Of a stretch of 64,000 nucleotides of DNA, positions 8,372 to 18,443 are shown piece after piece; within the stretch, counting starts at the first letter, position 1, and every line of letters begins with the position of its first letter. The stretch lies in contig QZKH01000009.1 of NCBI GenBank assembly GCA_003598025.1, positions 64,896 to 128,895 on the forward strand, given 5' to 3'. Origin of the DNA: Candidatus Omnitrophota bacterium. Lineage in GTDB: Bacteria; Omnitrophota; Gorgyraeia; Gygaellales; Profunditerraquicolaceae. The notes under the pieces were generated by a model. It had not been told where the DNA came from. It did no database searches and worked only from the letters and a program-made list of their open reading frames with translations. Both the position numbers and the translations under genes were made by a program.

Positions 8372-8851
8372 ATGCCGGAAATGTTTAAGGCGGCAGAGAT
8401 TTTAAAGACAGCTATACGCATTGAAGAAAACGGTATAATTTTTTACCGCGGGATGATCAAAAGATTCAGAATTCAAGAACTGCAGGATATCTTTAGCTTT
8501 CTGGCGGACGAAGACGAACGGCACCGTAAAACCTTCGAAGAAATGCTTTCTAAATCCGAACAATACGAAATGGTAGACAGTTATCCCGGGGAATACGAGG
8601 CGTATTTACACGCCTTTGCCGATGAGCATGTTTTTAGCAAGGAGAAAACAGGCGAACTTATGTCAAAGAAGGTAAAAAACACAAAAGAAGCCATTCAGTT
8701 TGGCATAGAAGTCGAACTTGACTCCATCAATTACTATCAAGAAATCAAGCGCTTCATTCCAGATTATCAAAAAGATACGCTAGAGAAAATAATTGAAGAA
8801 GAGAGAGGCCATTTTTTAAAGCTGACGGATATCAAGAAAACACAAAAGTGA
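8372..8851 (+). CDS. Rubrerythrin/ferritin-like di-iron protein
   Basis: AIRIEENG..FY, DEDERH, EEERGH. Confidence 0.88.
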   Translation: MPEMFKAAEILKTAIRIEENGIIFYRGMIKRFRIQELQDIFSFLADEDERHRKTFEEMLSKSEQYEMVDSYPGEYEAYLHAFADEHVFSKEKTGELMSKKVKNTKEAIQFGIEVELDSINYYQEIKRFIPDYQKDTLEKIIEEERGHFLKLTDIKKTQK

Positions 8852-8864
8852 GCAAGGAGACAAA

Positions 8865-9410
8865 ATGAAGCCAACGGAACAGTTAAAAACAGAGCATAGA
8901 GGCGTAAAACTAATGTTAGTGATTTTGGATAAAGTTTGTGTTGAACCCGATGAAATAAATCGGGAGCATTTTACCAGGATATTAGAATTTTTGAAAGTCT
9001 TCGTAGATAAATGCCATCATGGCAAAGAGGAAGATTTGCTTTTGCCTGCAATGGTAGAAGCAGGAGTTCCGAAAGAAGAAGGTGCCATTAAATTCACACT
9101 TCTTGAACACGTGGAAGGCCGAGGGTATATTAAAGGCATGAGCGAAGCGTTCGATAAGCTGAAAAGATGCGATCGTCAAGCCTCAGCCAGGATTGCAGAG
9201 AATGCAAAAAAATATATTGCGCTCCTCGTAAAGCATATCGAAAAAGAAGATAATATACTCTTTCCCCTAGCGGATAAAGTATTATTACAAGCAAAGCAGG
9301 CCGAGCTTGAAGAAGAATTTGAGAAATTAGAAGTTGAGCGAATCGGTCTCGGTAAGCACGAAGAATTTCACGTATTGCTGCATCAGCTTAAAGAAATCTA
9401 TTTAGATTGA
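8865..9410 (+). CDS. Hemerythrin HHE domain protein
   Basis: EH, CHHGKEE, EH, HIEKEDNILFP. Confidence 0.9.
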   Translation: MKPTEQLKTEHRGVKLMLVILDKVCVEPDEINREHFTRILEFLKVFVDKCHHGKEEDLLLPAMVEAGVPKEEGAIKFTLLEHVEGRGYIKGMSEAFDKLKRCDRQASARIAENAKKYIALLVKHIEKEDNILFPLADKVLLQAKQAELEEEFEKLEVERIGLGKHEEFHVLLHQLKEIYLD

Positions 9411-9428
9411 AAAAGGAGGACTATTCAT

Positions 9429-9587
9429 ATGGATAAATATCAATGCCGAGCCTGCCCATATATTTATGACCCAGCTGTTGGCGACCCCACACAAGGGATT
9501 AAGCCGGGGACAAAATTCGAGGATTTGCCGGATGATTGGATTTGTCCTGAATGCGGCGTACCTAAGAGCATGTTTGATAAAATTTAA
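9429..9587 (+). CDS. Rubredoxin (52 aa)
   Basis: Read manually: [16 protein letters not shown]...[14 protein letters not shown]. Confidence 0.95.
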   Translation: MDKYQCRACPYIYDPAVGDPTQGIKPGTKFEDLPDDWICPECGVPKSMFDKI

Positions 9588-9601
9588 AAGGAGATGACAG
9601 C

Positions 9602-10192
9602 GTGAAGAACATAAAGATAAATATATTTTTCTTATTTCTGCTTACCGCAGCAACGGTCATGTTTATAGGACAAGGTAAACTATTTGCTCACTGCGACACT
9701 TTGGATGGCCCTGTGATTCAGGATGCGCGCACAGCTTTAGAGAAAGGCGATGTTACGCCGGTGCTAAAATGGGTCAAAAAAGACGCTGAGCAAGAGATAC
9801 GCGTTGTTTTCGATAAGACGTTAGCCGAGCGCAAGTCTAATAAAGATGCCGCTGATATAAAATTCTTCGAGACGCTGGTGCGTATTCATCGCGCAGGGGA
9901 AGGCGCGTCTTTTACCGGACTTAAGCCAAGCGGTACTGTTGAAGCTATTATCGCCGGAGCGGATAAAGCATTGGAAACCGGCTCAATTGATGCTTTGACC
10001 CAAGAAATGGCAACACATCTTACGAGCGGCGTTAAGGAACGCTTCGAGCGTGCGTTTGAATTGAGGAAACATAAAGATGAAAGCGTCGAGGCAGGGCGTG
10101 AATATGTGGAAGCCTATGTCGAATACGTGCATTACGTAGAAGGATTGCACGATATGATAGGGGGCAAGGAAGGCCATAATCATGAAGAATAA
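9602..10192 (+). CDS. Exported DUF6448-like protein
   Basis: Signal peptide followed by HCDTLDGPV; FFETLVRIHRAGEGA. Confidence 0.8.
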   Translation: MKNIKINIFFLFLLTAATVMFIGQGKLFAHCDTLDGPVIQDARTALEKGDVTPVLKWVKKDAEQEIRVVFDKTLAERKSNKDAADIKFFETLVRIHRAGEGASFTGLKPSGTVEAIIAGADKALETGSIDALTQEMATHLTSGVKERFERAFELRKHKDESVEAGREYVEAYVEYVHYVEGLHDMIGGKEGHNHEE

Positions 10193-10309
10193 CTTCCGTT
10201 TCTTCCTAGCGAACAAAAATATTTAGTCTTTCTGCAAGCATTAGTATAGTCTTGGAAATAACGCCCTATTTATTCAAAAACAATTAAAATTTTTAAAGAG
10301 GAGCAGAAG

Positions 10310-10978
10310 TTGAGAATTTTATTAGTAGAAGACGAAATTAAGATGGCCAGTTTTATCCAGCGTGGCCTGAAAGAAGAGGATTATGTGGTTGACGTAGCCA
10401 ACGACGGAGAGAAGGCTTTATTTCAGGCTGAAATTAACCCATACGATCTCATAATCCTTGACGTCATTTTGCCGGTTAAAGACGGTATTACTGTATGCAG
10501 AGAACTCAGAAGCAAAAAAATAAATGTGCCTATTTTGATGCTTACCTCAAAAGACAAGGTAAGGGATAAAGTTTTAGGATTAAATTCCGGCGCCGATGAT
10601 TATCTGGCTAAGCCGTTTGCTTTTGAAGAGCTGTTAGCCAGAATCAGCGCGCTATTGAGAAGAAATAAGCAGGATAAAACCGGCATTCTTAAGATTGCCG
10701 ACCTGGAAATGGATCAGCTCAGGCATAAAGTTACCAGGTCTGGAAAAGAAATCCAGTTAACCAGCAAAGAGTTTGCCCTTTTGGAATACCTTATGCTTAA
10801 TGCTACTCATGTCGTCACCAGGACTATGATTTCTGAGCACGTATGGCATGAGGATTTTGACAGTTTCACGAATGTAATTGATGTGTATATGAATTTTTTG
10901 CGCAATAAGATTGATAAAGGGCACAAAAAGCAGCTTATCCATACCATCCACGGCAAAGGGTATGTTTTAAGGGAATAA
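10310..10978 (+). CDS. OmpR-family response regulator
   Basis: REC domain ([20 protein letters not shown]) plus winged helix. Confidence 0.93.
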   Translation: MRILLVEDEIKMASFIQRGLKEEDYVVDVANDGEKALFQAEINPYDLIILDVILPVKDGITVCRELRSKKINVPILMLTSKDKVRDKVLGLNSGADDYLAKPFAFEELLARISALLRRNKQDKTGILKIADLEMDQLRHKVTRSGKEIQLTSKEFALLEYLMLNATHVVTRTMISEHVWHEDFDSFTNVIDVYMNFLRNKIDKGHKKQLIHTIHGKGYVLRE

Positions 10979-10980
10979 TT

Positions 10981-12012
10981 ATGCGCGCTAAAACCATTAA
11001 ATTAAAAATCAGCATATTATACGCATCCATATTAGGGGTTTTATTATCTTTATATATTGCTTTCTTATTTATTGTTCCCTCGGATACACTAAAAGGCAAT
11101 AAGCTGCTTTATATATTAATTCCTATCCCAATAACTTTATTATTCGGGTATTTTATCGGCCGGGTGATTGTTGTAAGGATTTTAAGGCCAATTAAAGAAA
11201 TTACCGATACTGCTAATAATATTACACATGAAGATTTAAGCCTGAGAGTCAAAGCAGAGAATGTTGATGAAGAGTTGCGTTTATTAATAGAGGCCTTTAA
11301 CGGAATGGTTTCGCGCCTGGGAGAATCATTTGAGTATATAACAGATTCGAGTTCATATATCGCCCATGAACTAAAGACTCCTATCGCCATCATTAGAGGA
11401 GAGTCGGAGTTTGCCTTAAAAAAGGAGAGAGATAAAGAAGAATATAAAAGAGTCATCAGCGTCAGTCTGGAAGAAACCAAGAGAATGCTTAAAATTATTG
11501 AAGATTTACTGCTGTTGACCAAAATGAATTACCAGCCTGGTGTTTTGAAATTCGAACAGATTGATTTAACCCAATTTATCCGAATAATATACGAACAGGC
11601 AAAGATTTTGGCCTCCCAAAAGAAGATAACGGTAAATGCTGATATTCCGGAAGAAGCAGGTATGGTGAGTGCGGATGAGCTACACTTGAGGCGTTTATTT
11701 TTAAATCTAATAGATAATGCGATAAAATTTACCCCCGATAACGGCAGCATCGGTATAAGTTTAAAATACGAAAACCAAAAAGCCATTGTTTCTATCGTGG
11801 ATACAGGAATTGGCATTGAAGAAGAGAATATGCCAAAACTTTTTGAAAAGTTTTTCCGTATCGAAGGAAAGACTAAAGACAATTCTCCCAGCAGCGGATT
11901 AGGTTTGAGCATCGCCCAATCAATAGCCGAACTGCATAACGGTGAAATTTCGGTAACCAGCCGTGCGGGGCAAGGCTCTAATTTTACCGTTTCCATCCCT
12001 CTTCTTAATTAA
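10981..12012 (+). CDS. HAMP sensor histidine kinase with a minimal extracytoplasmic loop
   Basis: 2 TM, HAMP, AHELKTP, NAIKFT, DTGIG, GLGL. Confidence 0.92.
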   Translation: MRAKTIKLKISILYASILGVLLSLYIAFLFIVPSDTLKGNKLLYILIPIPITLLFGYFIGRVIVVRILRPIKEITDTANNITHEDLSLRVKAENVDEELRLLIEAFNGMVSRLGESFEYITDSSSYIAHELKTPIAIIRGESEFALKKERDKEEYKRVISVSLEETKRMLKIIEDLLLLTKMNYQPGVLKFEQIDLTQFIRIIYEQAKILASQKKITVNADIPEEAGMVSADELHLRRLFLNLIDNAIKFTPDNGSIGISLKYENQKAIVSIVDTGIGIEEENMPKLFEKFFRIEGKTKDNSPSSGLGLSIAQSIAELHNGEISVTSRAGQGSNFTVSIPLLN

Positions 12013-12061
12013 CAAATCTTAAATTCTTCCCCCATTTTTCGAACAGCTAATTATTAAAAAT

Positions 12062-12106
12062 TTTAATTTCTTTTTAACGTTTCTTTAATCCGTCATAAGT
12101 TATACT
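12062..12106 (+). promoter_or_regulatory. Putative OmpR/PhoP-type direct-repeat box and -10 element
   Basis: TTTAA at 12062, 12073 and 12084 (11-bp period), then TATACT at 12101. Confidence 0.5.
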
Positions 12107-12209
12107 TATGGCAGGATAAAAAGAAAAAAAGAAAATTTGGGTGGCTGTGGAGGTTTATTAAGAAATGTAGTTTAACTCTGCAGCCGCCCGCTCATTTAAA
12201 GGAGCTAAA

Positions 12210-12938
12210 ATGACAAAAATTCTTATTGTTGAGGATGAAGAGAAAGTAAGGCGGATGTATAACATAATGCTTAAAAATGAAGGCTTTGAGGTTATTGAGG
12301 CTCCTGATGCCATCCAGGCATCCTATATATTAAACAGAGAATCCGTAGATATAATGCTCCTGGATATAAAAATGCCGCAGGTTTACGGCAGTATTTTTTA
12401 CGATATGATGCAGAGATCTTATAAGAAAGTTAAAGTAATCGTCGCAAGCGTTTATCCTCTTGACGAGCAAAAGAAAATGATTGAGGGTGCTGCGGATTAC
12501 TATGATAAATCGCAAGGCCTGGATTTGCTGCTGGAAAAAGTCAAGAAAGCCGAACGTAGTATAAAACAGCAAAAAAGCATATTGGTGATTGACGATGAGC
12601 CTCGTATCAGGAAGATATACCGCCACTATTTAGAGGAATACGGCTACCGCATCATTGAAGCCCATGACGGCAATGCTGGTTTAGATATATTAAGGAAAAG
12701 CAATGAAATCGCCTTAGTAATTCTTGACCTTGCCATGCCCAAACAAAGCGGGTTTGAAATTTATGAGCAGATAAAAAAAGAGTTCCCGGGCATAAAAATA
12801 TTAGTCGCCAGCGTTTTTAATCAAAATGACCAACAATTCTTCCTTCCTAATGCCGATGAGTATTACGATAAATCAGAGGATGCCTCAGGGCTAATCCAGA
12901 AGATCGAAAAGCTGATACATACAGATTGTCCCGCATAA
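12210..12938 (+). CDS. Tandem receiver-domain (REC-REC) protein
   Basis: Two mutually similar REC domains (LLDIKMP, ILDLAMP; YYDKS twice), no output domain. Confidence 0.88.
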   Translation: MTKILIVEDEEKVRRMYNIMLKNEGFEVIEAPDAIQASYILNRESVDIMLLDIKMPQVYGSIFYDMMQRSYKKVKVIVASVYPLDEQKKMIEGAADYYDKSQGLDLLLEKVKKAERSIKQQKSILVIDDEPRIRKIYRHYLEEYGYRIIEAHDGNAGLDILRKSNEIALVILDLAMPKQSGFEIYEQIKKEFPGIKILVASVFNQNDQQFFLPNADEYYDKSEDASGLIQKIEKLIHTDCPA

Positions 12939-12989
12939 CTAACAATTGCCCCTGGAAGCAAAACGCCAAGGGGATGAAGGAGGTTAATT

Positions 12990-13187
12990 ATGTGCCCATA
13001 TTTTATTTATTCAAAACTCCAGAGTTTATGCGCTTGTTATCCCGGAAGGTTATTTTGCCCGAGCCTTCAAAGAAGGCATGATTTTTGTTTCAGCAGGTTC
13101 AGGGATTGTCCGTATTTTAAAATAGAAACAGTATCAAACTTGGAGCCGACGGTTCAAGAAAACGGCCAGTTGGCAGTATCTGATTGA
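12990..13187 (+). CDS. Small Cys-rich protein A
   Basis: AGGAGG RBS; MCPY..CxC..PS..C..CPY; paralog at 13790. Confidence 0.7.
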   Translation: MCPYFIYSKLQSLCACYPGRLFCPSLQRRHDFCFSRFRDCPYFKIETVSNLEPTVQENGQLAVSD

Positions 13188-13239
13188 ATCAGGAAAAATC
13201 AGCGCCAAAAAATAAAGGAATTTAAGGAGAATTTTTGGT

Positions 13240-13776
13240 ATGCAGTTTTATATCCCGCAAAACATTTTTATTCAAATAACCATCCCTCTCTTGATTTTTT
13301 TGGCCCGGGCGGCTGATGTAAGCATGGCGGCAATGAGGATTATTTTTGTTACGAGGGGGATAAGGGCGCTTGCTGCAATTATAGGGTTTTTTGAAATGTT
13401 AATTTGGCTCATTGCCATCACCCAAATAATGCAGAATTTAAATAACCCCATAAATTATATTGCTTTTGCGGCCGGATTCAGCATGGGGACTTTTGTCGGC
13501 ATCACCATAGAAAAAAGGATAGCTATAGGGAATTTAGCGGTTCAATTCATAACAGGCAAGGATCCGGCTGGCTTATTAACGTATTTCCGCGCAAATGGTT
13601 ACGGCGCAACTACAATCGACGCACAGGGGACATCCGGCCCTGTAAAGATTATTTTTATAATTGTGCGGCGCAAGTTATTGGACCGGACATTAGATATTAT
13701 AAAGAAATTTGACCCCGATGCATTTTATACCATAGGGGATGTAAGGACGGCAGCGCGTCTTAGCCCTGCAATATAA
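13240..13776 (+). CDS. UPF0316 (DUF5698/DUF2179) membrane protein
   Basis: IFLARAADVS, GFFEMLIW, NYIAFAAGF, GYGATTIDAQG. Confidence 0.85.
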   Translation: MQFYIPQNIFIQITIPLLIFLARAADVSMAAMRIIFVTRGIRALAAIIGFFEMLIWLIAITQIMQNLNNPINYIAFAAGFSMGTFVGITIEKRIAIGNLAVQFITGKDPAGLLTYFRANGYGATTIDAQGTSGPVKIIFIIVRRKLLDRTLDIIKKFDPDAFYTIGDVRTAARLSPAI

Positions 13777-13789
13777 GAGGAAATGAGTC

Positions 13790-13981
13790 ATGTGCCCTTA
13801 TTTTGTTGCTACAAGGCCGATTGGTTATTGCGGATGTTACGGAGACGGATTATTCCGCCCCAGCATCAAACGCAAAAAGCAGTATTGTGTGGGGAAATTT
13901 ATGGATTGCCCATTCTATCAATTAGAAATGAGGCCTATTATTATCAAGTCAGTGCGGGGATCGAAAAGTAATGAGGCATGA
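13790..13981 (+). CDS. Small Cys-rich protein B
   Basis: Same Cys spacing as 12990-13187. Confidence 0.65.
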   Translation: MCPYFVATRPIGYCGCYGDGLFRPSIKRKKQYCVGKFMDCPFYQLEMRPIIIKSVRGSKSNEA

Positions 13982-14649
13982 ATATTTTAGCCTGGTTATT
14001 GCAAAAGCATTGGATGGTTATGAGGGATATTTCAATAATGGACATTGAAAGAGATCTTAAGAAATTAAATGATGACTTGCTTAAAAGCTGCCGTTTAACG
14101 CAGGAAGCCATAAGCAAAACATCCAGCATCCTGATGCGTTTTGATGCCGGGAAGATACGAGAGATAATAGATAATAACAAAAAAATAGGAGCTCTTTGCG
14201 TCGCCTCCGGGGAATATCTTACTAATATCATTAAACAGTATCAGCCCGAGGGCAGCGTCTTAACATTCATCTCTTCAAGCATAAGCGTTAATATTGAATT
14301 AAAACAAATTGGAGACTTAACCGCTGGTATTGCGGAAAGCCTATTAAGTTTAAATACAGATATCCCCGAGAGGTATAAAATCAATATTTCTCAATTTGCT
14401 AAAATTTTTCAAAATATTGTCTGGGATTCGGTTATTGCTTTTTTAAAACAAGACGCAGGGTTAGCTAAGAAGACTATTTTAGCAAGCCTGGAGTTAAAAA
14501 AGATATGCAGCCGCATGCAGGACGATTTAATAGAAACAAATAAAAAAGCAGAAACAACGGAAAGAGGCGAAACCATTTTATTATTTATTATCCAGAGTGT
14601 AGGTGATATCGCTGCGCACACAGTCAATATTGCGGAAATTAGCGCATAA
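13978..14649 (+). CDS. Divergent PhoU-like protein
   Basis: Two-repeat helical pattern (YQP, ELKQIGD..IA, IAAHTVNIAE); acidic metal-binding motifs degenerate. Confidence 0.65.
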   Translation: MNILAWLLQKHWMVMRDISIMDIERDLKKLNDDLLKSCRLTQEAISKTSSILMRFDAGKIREIIDNNKKIGALCVASGEYLTNIIKQYQPEGSVLTFISSSISVNIELKQIGDLTAGIAESLLSLNTDIPERYKINISQFAKIFQNIVWDSVIAFLKQDAGLAKKTILASLELKKICSRMQDDLIETNKKAETTERGETILLFIIQSVGDIAAHTVNIAEISA

Positions 14650-14672
14650 GGATTAAGAATGAGTTAAGCTAA

Positions 14673-15104
14673 ATGTGTATAATTAAAAAAAGCGACTACA
14701 GGAGAATGAAGGAGTTAATAATTGGCTATGAGGCCGGGGGTTTTCCTGATCGACAAACAAAAAAACACATTTTATTTGTTAAAGAAAAGTTAAATAAAGC
14801 AAAAAAAGTTGATGATACTTATCCCGGACTCACTGATATCGTATACCTTAATTCTGCAGTAAGGTTTAAAAATATATCAACTGCGGAGGAAAAGGAATAT
14901 TTATTTGTCATTCCAAAAATTGAGTGCAAAGAACTGGGCAGAGTTTCTGTGCTTTCTAATTTAGGAATTGCTTTGCTGGGGCATAAGAAAGGAGATACCG
15001 TAGAAGTAAAAGAATCCGACGGATCAAAATACAGTGTTCAAGTATTAAAGATACAACCCACATCAGAGTTATGGATTAAAAAGCTCGAGCAATATAAAGA
15101 ATAG
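14673..15104 (+). CDS. GreA/Rnk-family protein
   Basis: RVSVLSNLGIALLGHKKGDTV. Confidence 0.8.
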   Translation: MCIIKKSDYRRMKELIIGYEAGGFPDRQTKKHILFVKEKLNKAKKVDDTYPGLTDIVYLNSAVRFKNISTAEEKEYLFVIPKIECKELGRVSVLSNLGIALLGHKKGDTVEVKESDGSKYSVQVLKIQPTSELWIKKLEQYKE

Positions 15105-15140
15105 AAAGCTAATCTAAAATAATATAGAGAAGGAGCAGCA

Positions 15141-15659
15141 ATGAAAGACAAACAAATTTATATAACAAAGCCGGATTTTGACCGCCTCACAGAAATAACC
15201 AAAAATATAAGGTCTAGGCAGGAGATTGACAGGCGCTCTCTTGATGAGCTGGAGCACAGCTTCAGCTCGCGGGATGAATTAGGATTAATTAAAGAAGTAA
15301 GAAAAATAAAAAGCTCAAGGAACGATACGGAGTGGGCGCGGATTGAAGAGCTTGAAGCCGAGTTAAACAGGGCAATTGTAGTTGATGCCGACAAAATTCC
15401 GCCTGATATCGTTACGATGAACTCAAAGGTTTGCCTTAGGGATGCCGATACAGGCAAAGACGAAATTTATCAATTAGTATACCCCGAAGACGCAGATATT
15501 GAGCAAAACAAAATCTCTATTTTAGCTCCCATTGGCACAGCAATATTGGGATATAAAGTAGGAGATATTATTGAATGGAAAGTCCCGGCAGGTTTAAGAA
15601 AACTTAAAATTAAGAAAATAGTATATCAGCCGGAAGCGGCCAAAGAATACCAACTCTAA
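15141..15659 (+). CDS. rnk: Regulator of nucleoside diphosphate kinase (Rnk, GreA family)
   Basis: IYITKPDFDRL, PDIVTMNS, ISILAPIGTAILG, YQPEA. Confidence 0.85.
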   Translation: MKDKQIYITKPDFDRLTEITKNIRSRQEIDRRSLDELEHSFSSRDELGLIKEVRKIKSSRNDTEWARIEELEAELNRAIVVDADKIPPDIVTMNSKVCLRDADTGKDEIYQLVYPEDADIEQNKISILAPIGTAILGYKVGDIIEWKVPAGLRKLKIKKIVYQPEAAKEYQL

Positions 15660-15670
15660 ACTCAGGCGAT

Positions 15671-17023
15671 ATGAATAAGAAAATTATTAAAAAAGCAGAA
15701 GAACTGATAGCGCAAAGAAAACTTTCCGAATTAAAGGAGATTATTCCGCAGCATCCGGAAGACATAGCGTATTTTATCTCTCATCTTTTTAATCCATCCT
15801 GGAAAATGATCGTATTCCGCATGATTCCTCCCGAGACCGCCGTGGAAGTCTTTATGAGTTTTCCTGTAGAGGAGCAGGAAAAAATGCTCGAGGATTTAAC
15901 CACATCTGAAATCAGGACAATCTTAAATGAAATGTCGGTTGACGACAGGACTGGATTATTTGAAGAAATGCCCGCGGAGCTGGTTAAAAAATTTATGAGC
16001 TATCTTTATTATGAGGAAAGAGAGATAGCACAGCAGATACTTAATTATCCCGATAATTCCGTGGGAAGGCTGATGACTCCGGACTTTGTGCAGCTTTATG
16101 AAGACATGACTGTTGAAGCCGCCCTGGAGCACATAAAACAAATCGGCTTAAAAACAGAAACAATTTATCACGCTTATGTATTAAACGCCGAAAGGAAATT
16201 AATAGGCGTGGTATCGCTTAAAAAAATAGTTTTAGCCCAGGCTGGCGCGCTGATAAAAGACATTATGTTTAGAGATGTGAAGAAGATTAACGTATACCGG
16301 GATCAAGAAGAGGCTTTAGGCATTTTTAAAAAATATGACCTTTTGGCCCTGCCGGTTATAGATAATAACGAGAAGTTATTAGGGATAATAACCTTTGATG
16401 ATCTGGTAGATGTTATTGATGAGGAGGCCACAGAAGACTTCCAAAGAATTGCCGCAGTTGTCCCTATAGAAGAGCCTTATCTTGAGACGGGCCTATTTAA
16501 TATACTTTGGAAAAGAAGTTTTTGGCTTATCTTATTGGTGATTTTGGGATCTGCGTCGGGCTTTATTCTTCAAAAGTTCCAGCTGACTATACAAAAATGG
16601 ATTGCATTAAGTTTTTTTCTCCCCATGCTTGTTGATACAGCCGGTAACGCAGGCACCCAATCCTCGACGATAGTTATCAGGAGTTTGGCGGTGGGAGAGA
16701 TAAAAATAAACGATTTTCTCAGGGTAGCTTTAAGAGAGTCAATGCTGGGGATTTTATTAGGCGGCATTTTGGCCTTAGCGTGCATATTAAGGGTGTTTTT
16801 TCAAGAATATAACTGGGGTTTGAGCTTTTCTGTGGGGCTTTCTATGGGATTAACGGTTATCATTTCCGCAGTGATAGGCGCCAGCCTCCCCATTATATTA
16901 AAAAAGATTAAATTAGACCCCGCTCTGATGAGCGGGCCTTTACTTACAACAATAATTGATATCTTGGGCATTACAATATATTTCTGGATTGCAAATAAGT
17001 TCTTGTTTTTGCTGAGAATCTAA
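15671..17023 (+). CDS. mgtE: Magnesium transporter MgtE
   Basis: MgtE_N, CBS pair, GNAGTQS, DPALMSGPLLTTIID. Confidence 0.95.
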   Translation: MNKKIIKKAEELIAQRKLSELKEIIPQHPEDIAYFISHLFNPSWKMIVFRMIPPETAVEVFMSFPVEEQEKMLEDLTTSEIRTILNEMSVDDRTGLFEEMPAELVKKFMSYLYYEEREIAQQILNYPDNSVGRLMTPDFVQLYEDMTVEAALEHIKQIGLKTETIYHAYVLNAERKLIGVVSLKKIVLAQAGALIKDIMFRDVKKINVYRDQEEALGIFKKYDLLALPVIDNNEKLLGIITFDDLVDVIDEEATEDFQRIAAVVPIEEPYLETGLFNILWKRSFWLILLVILGSASGFILQKFQLTIQKWIALSFFLPMLVDTAGNAGTQSSTIVIRSLAVGEIKINDFLRVALRESMLGILLGGILALACILRVFFQEYNWGLSFSVGLSMGLTVIISAVIGASLPIILKKIKLDPALMSGPLLTTIIDILGITIYFWIANKFLFLLRI

Positions 17024-17076
17024 AAATAAGATTAAAGGCCAGCTTAGAAAGCTTAAAAAGTTAAGGAGGATGCCAA

Positions 17077-17292
17077 ATGAGCCGGAATGTGATATTAAAC
17101 ATAGGAGACACGATAAAATATTCCGGAGAGTGTACCGGCATTATTGAGAAAATCAGGATAATTTCAACGGGGAATTATATTGAGCAGTATGAATATAACG
17201 GCAATGGCGAAGATATAGTTTTAACCTTAAGAAATGATCACGGCATAACAAATCTTTGGCTTAAAGATACGTCTATTTCTAAAATATTCTAA
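17077..17292 (+). CDS. Hypothetical protein
   Basis: 71 aa, AGGAGG RBS. Confidence 0.6.
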   Translation: MSRNVILNIGDTIKYSGECTGIIEKIRIISTGNYIEQYEYNGNGEDIVLTLRNDHGITNLWLKDTSISKIF

Positions 17293-17294
17293 AA

Positions 17295-17582
17295 ATGGGC
17301 TGCAAACGTAAAGGAAGGATTTCTGACAGATTACTGGAGGTTAAAGTAAAGAGCGTAGATAATAATGCCAAGAGATTAGTTACGGAGGAAATAAGGGTTA
17401 GCGGAAACAGGGCGAAGCATATAAAGACAATTTTTACTGTAGACACCCAAACACTGATTATAGGAAATGGCAATAAAAACGCTGGCCTTCACGATATAAA
17501 AGCCGGAAATAAGATCAATATAGATTTTATAAAGACCCAAGATAAAAAATTGCTGGCCAAGGGTATTGCTTTATTAGATTAA
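17295..17582 (+). CDS. Hypothetical protein (possible OB-like beta fold)
   Basis: 95 aa; DIKAGNKINIDF pattern. Confidence 0.45.
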   Translation: MGCKRKGRISDRLLEVKVKSVDNNAKRLVTEEIRVSGNRAKHIKTIFTVDTQTLIIGNGNKNAGLHDIKAGNKINIDFIKTQDKKLLAKGIALLD

Positions 17583-17661
17583 GTCTTATTGAAAGGAGGT
17601 GAGCGAAAAGCATTTCAGGCATAGCGGTTAATAGTAATTACATAACAGAAAGGAGCGTCTA

Positions 17662-17838
17662 ATGGCTGCAAAAATAAAGAAAATTACAACCGATAAGAAA
17701 GAAACCTCCGTTGGATCTGAAAAGTTCTTTGTTGAGGTGCAGAAGAAAGCATATTATCTTTGGGAAAAAGAAGGAAAACCTCAAGGCAAGGATTGGGATA
17801 TATGGCTTAAAGCGGAAAAAGAGGTTTTGGGCAGATAA
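17662..17838 (+). CDS. DUF2934 domain protein (58 aa)
   Basis: Read manually: KAYYLWEKEGKPQGKDWDIWLKAEKE. Confidence 0.85.
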   Translation: MAAKIKKITTDKKETSVGSEKFFVEVQKKAYYLWEKEGKPQGKDWDIWLKAEKEVLGR

Positions 17839-17956
17839 AAATATTAAAGCAGTATGGGCAAATAACCCGCGGCCTGTATTTTAGGCCTTATAATAGGCTG
17901 TCTACGCAATAGCAGAGTTGCCATTATCCGGGTTTAAATGTAAAGGAGCGGAGGCC

Positions 17957-18418
17957 ATGGCAATAACCGTATTTGTTAGTTTTAACCACGCTGACCAAAA
18001 ACAGCTTGAAGCTTTTGATTTGCTTAAAAATAAGACGAAACATGTTTTTGAATCTCATGACCATTTATGCAAAGAAGTATCGCCGGACGGCAGCGAAAAA
18101 TTAATTATATGCCAGATAAACGAAGGCCGTTCAAAACCAATGCGCGAAGAAATTATCAAGAAATTCGAGCAGTGTTCTAAGCTGGTAGTTTTAATGGGGA
18201 ATGAAACCTATAAAGACGCATGGGTTGAATGGGAAGTCAACAATTTTTATAAGATGAAAGATGCGCTTTTGCCTGGTAAAGCGTGGATGAATATTCGTGG
18301 TATGTTTCTTGAAGGCTGCGAAAAAGCGACAGCTCCTAAGGCTTTGGAATGCAGGTCGACGCAACGCTTGGCTTGGGACCCCGAGGCTTTAGAAAAATGG
18401 ATAGACGAATTAAGTTAA
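17957..18418 (+). CDS. TIR-like domain protein (ThsB/DUF1863 type)
   Basis: VFVSF..D, LVVLMGNET...WVEWEV; GGAGG RBS before ATG 17957. Confidence 0.78.
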   Translation: MAITVFVSFNHADQKQLEAFDLLKNKTKHVFESHDHLCKEVSPDGSEKLIICQINEGRSKPMREEIIKKFEQCSKLVVLMGNETYKDAWVEWEVNNFYKMKDALLPGKAWMNIRGMFLEGCEKATAPKALECRSTQRLAWDPEALEKWIDELS

Positions 18419-18443
18419 AACAGGCGCGCAATAAAGTGAAAGA

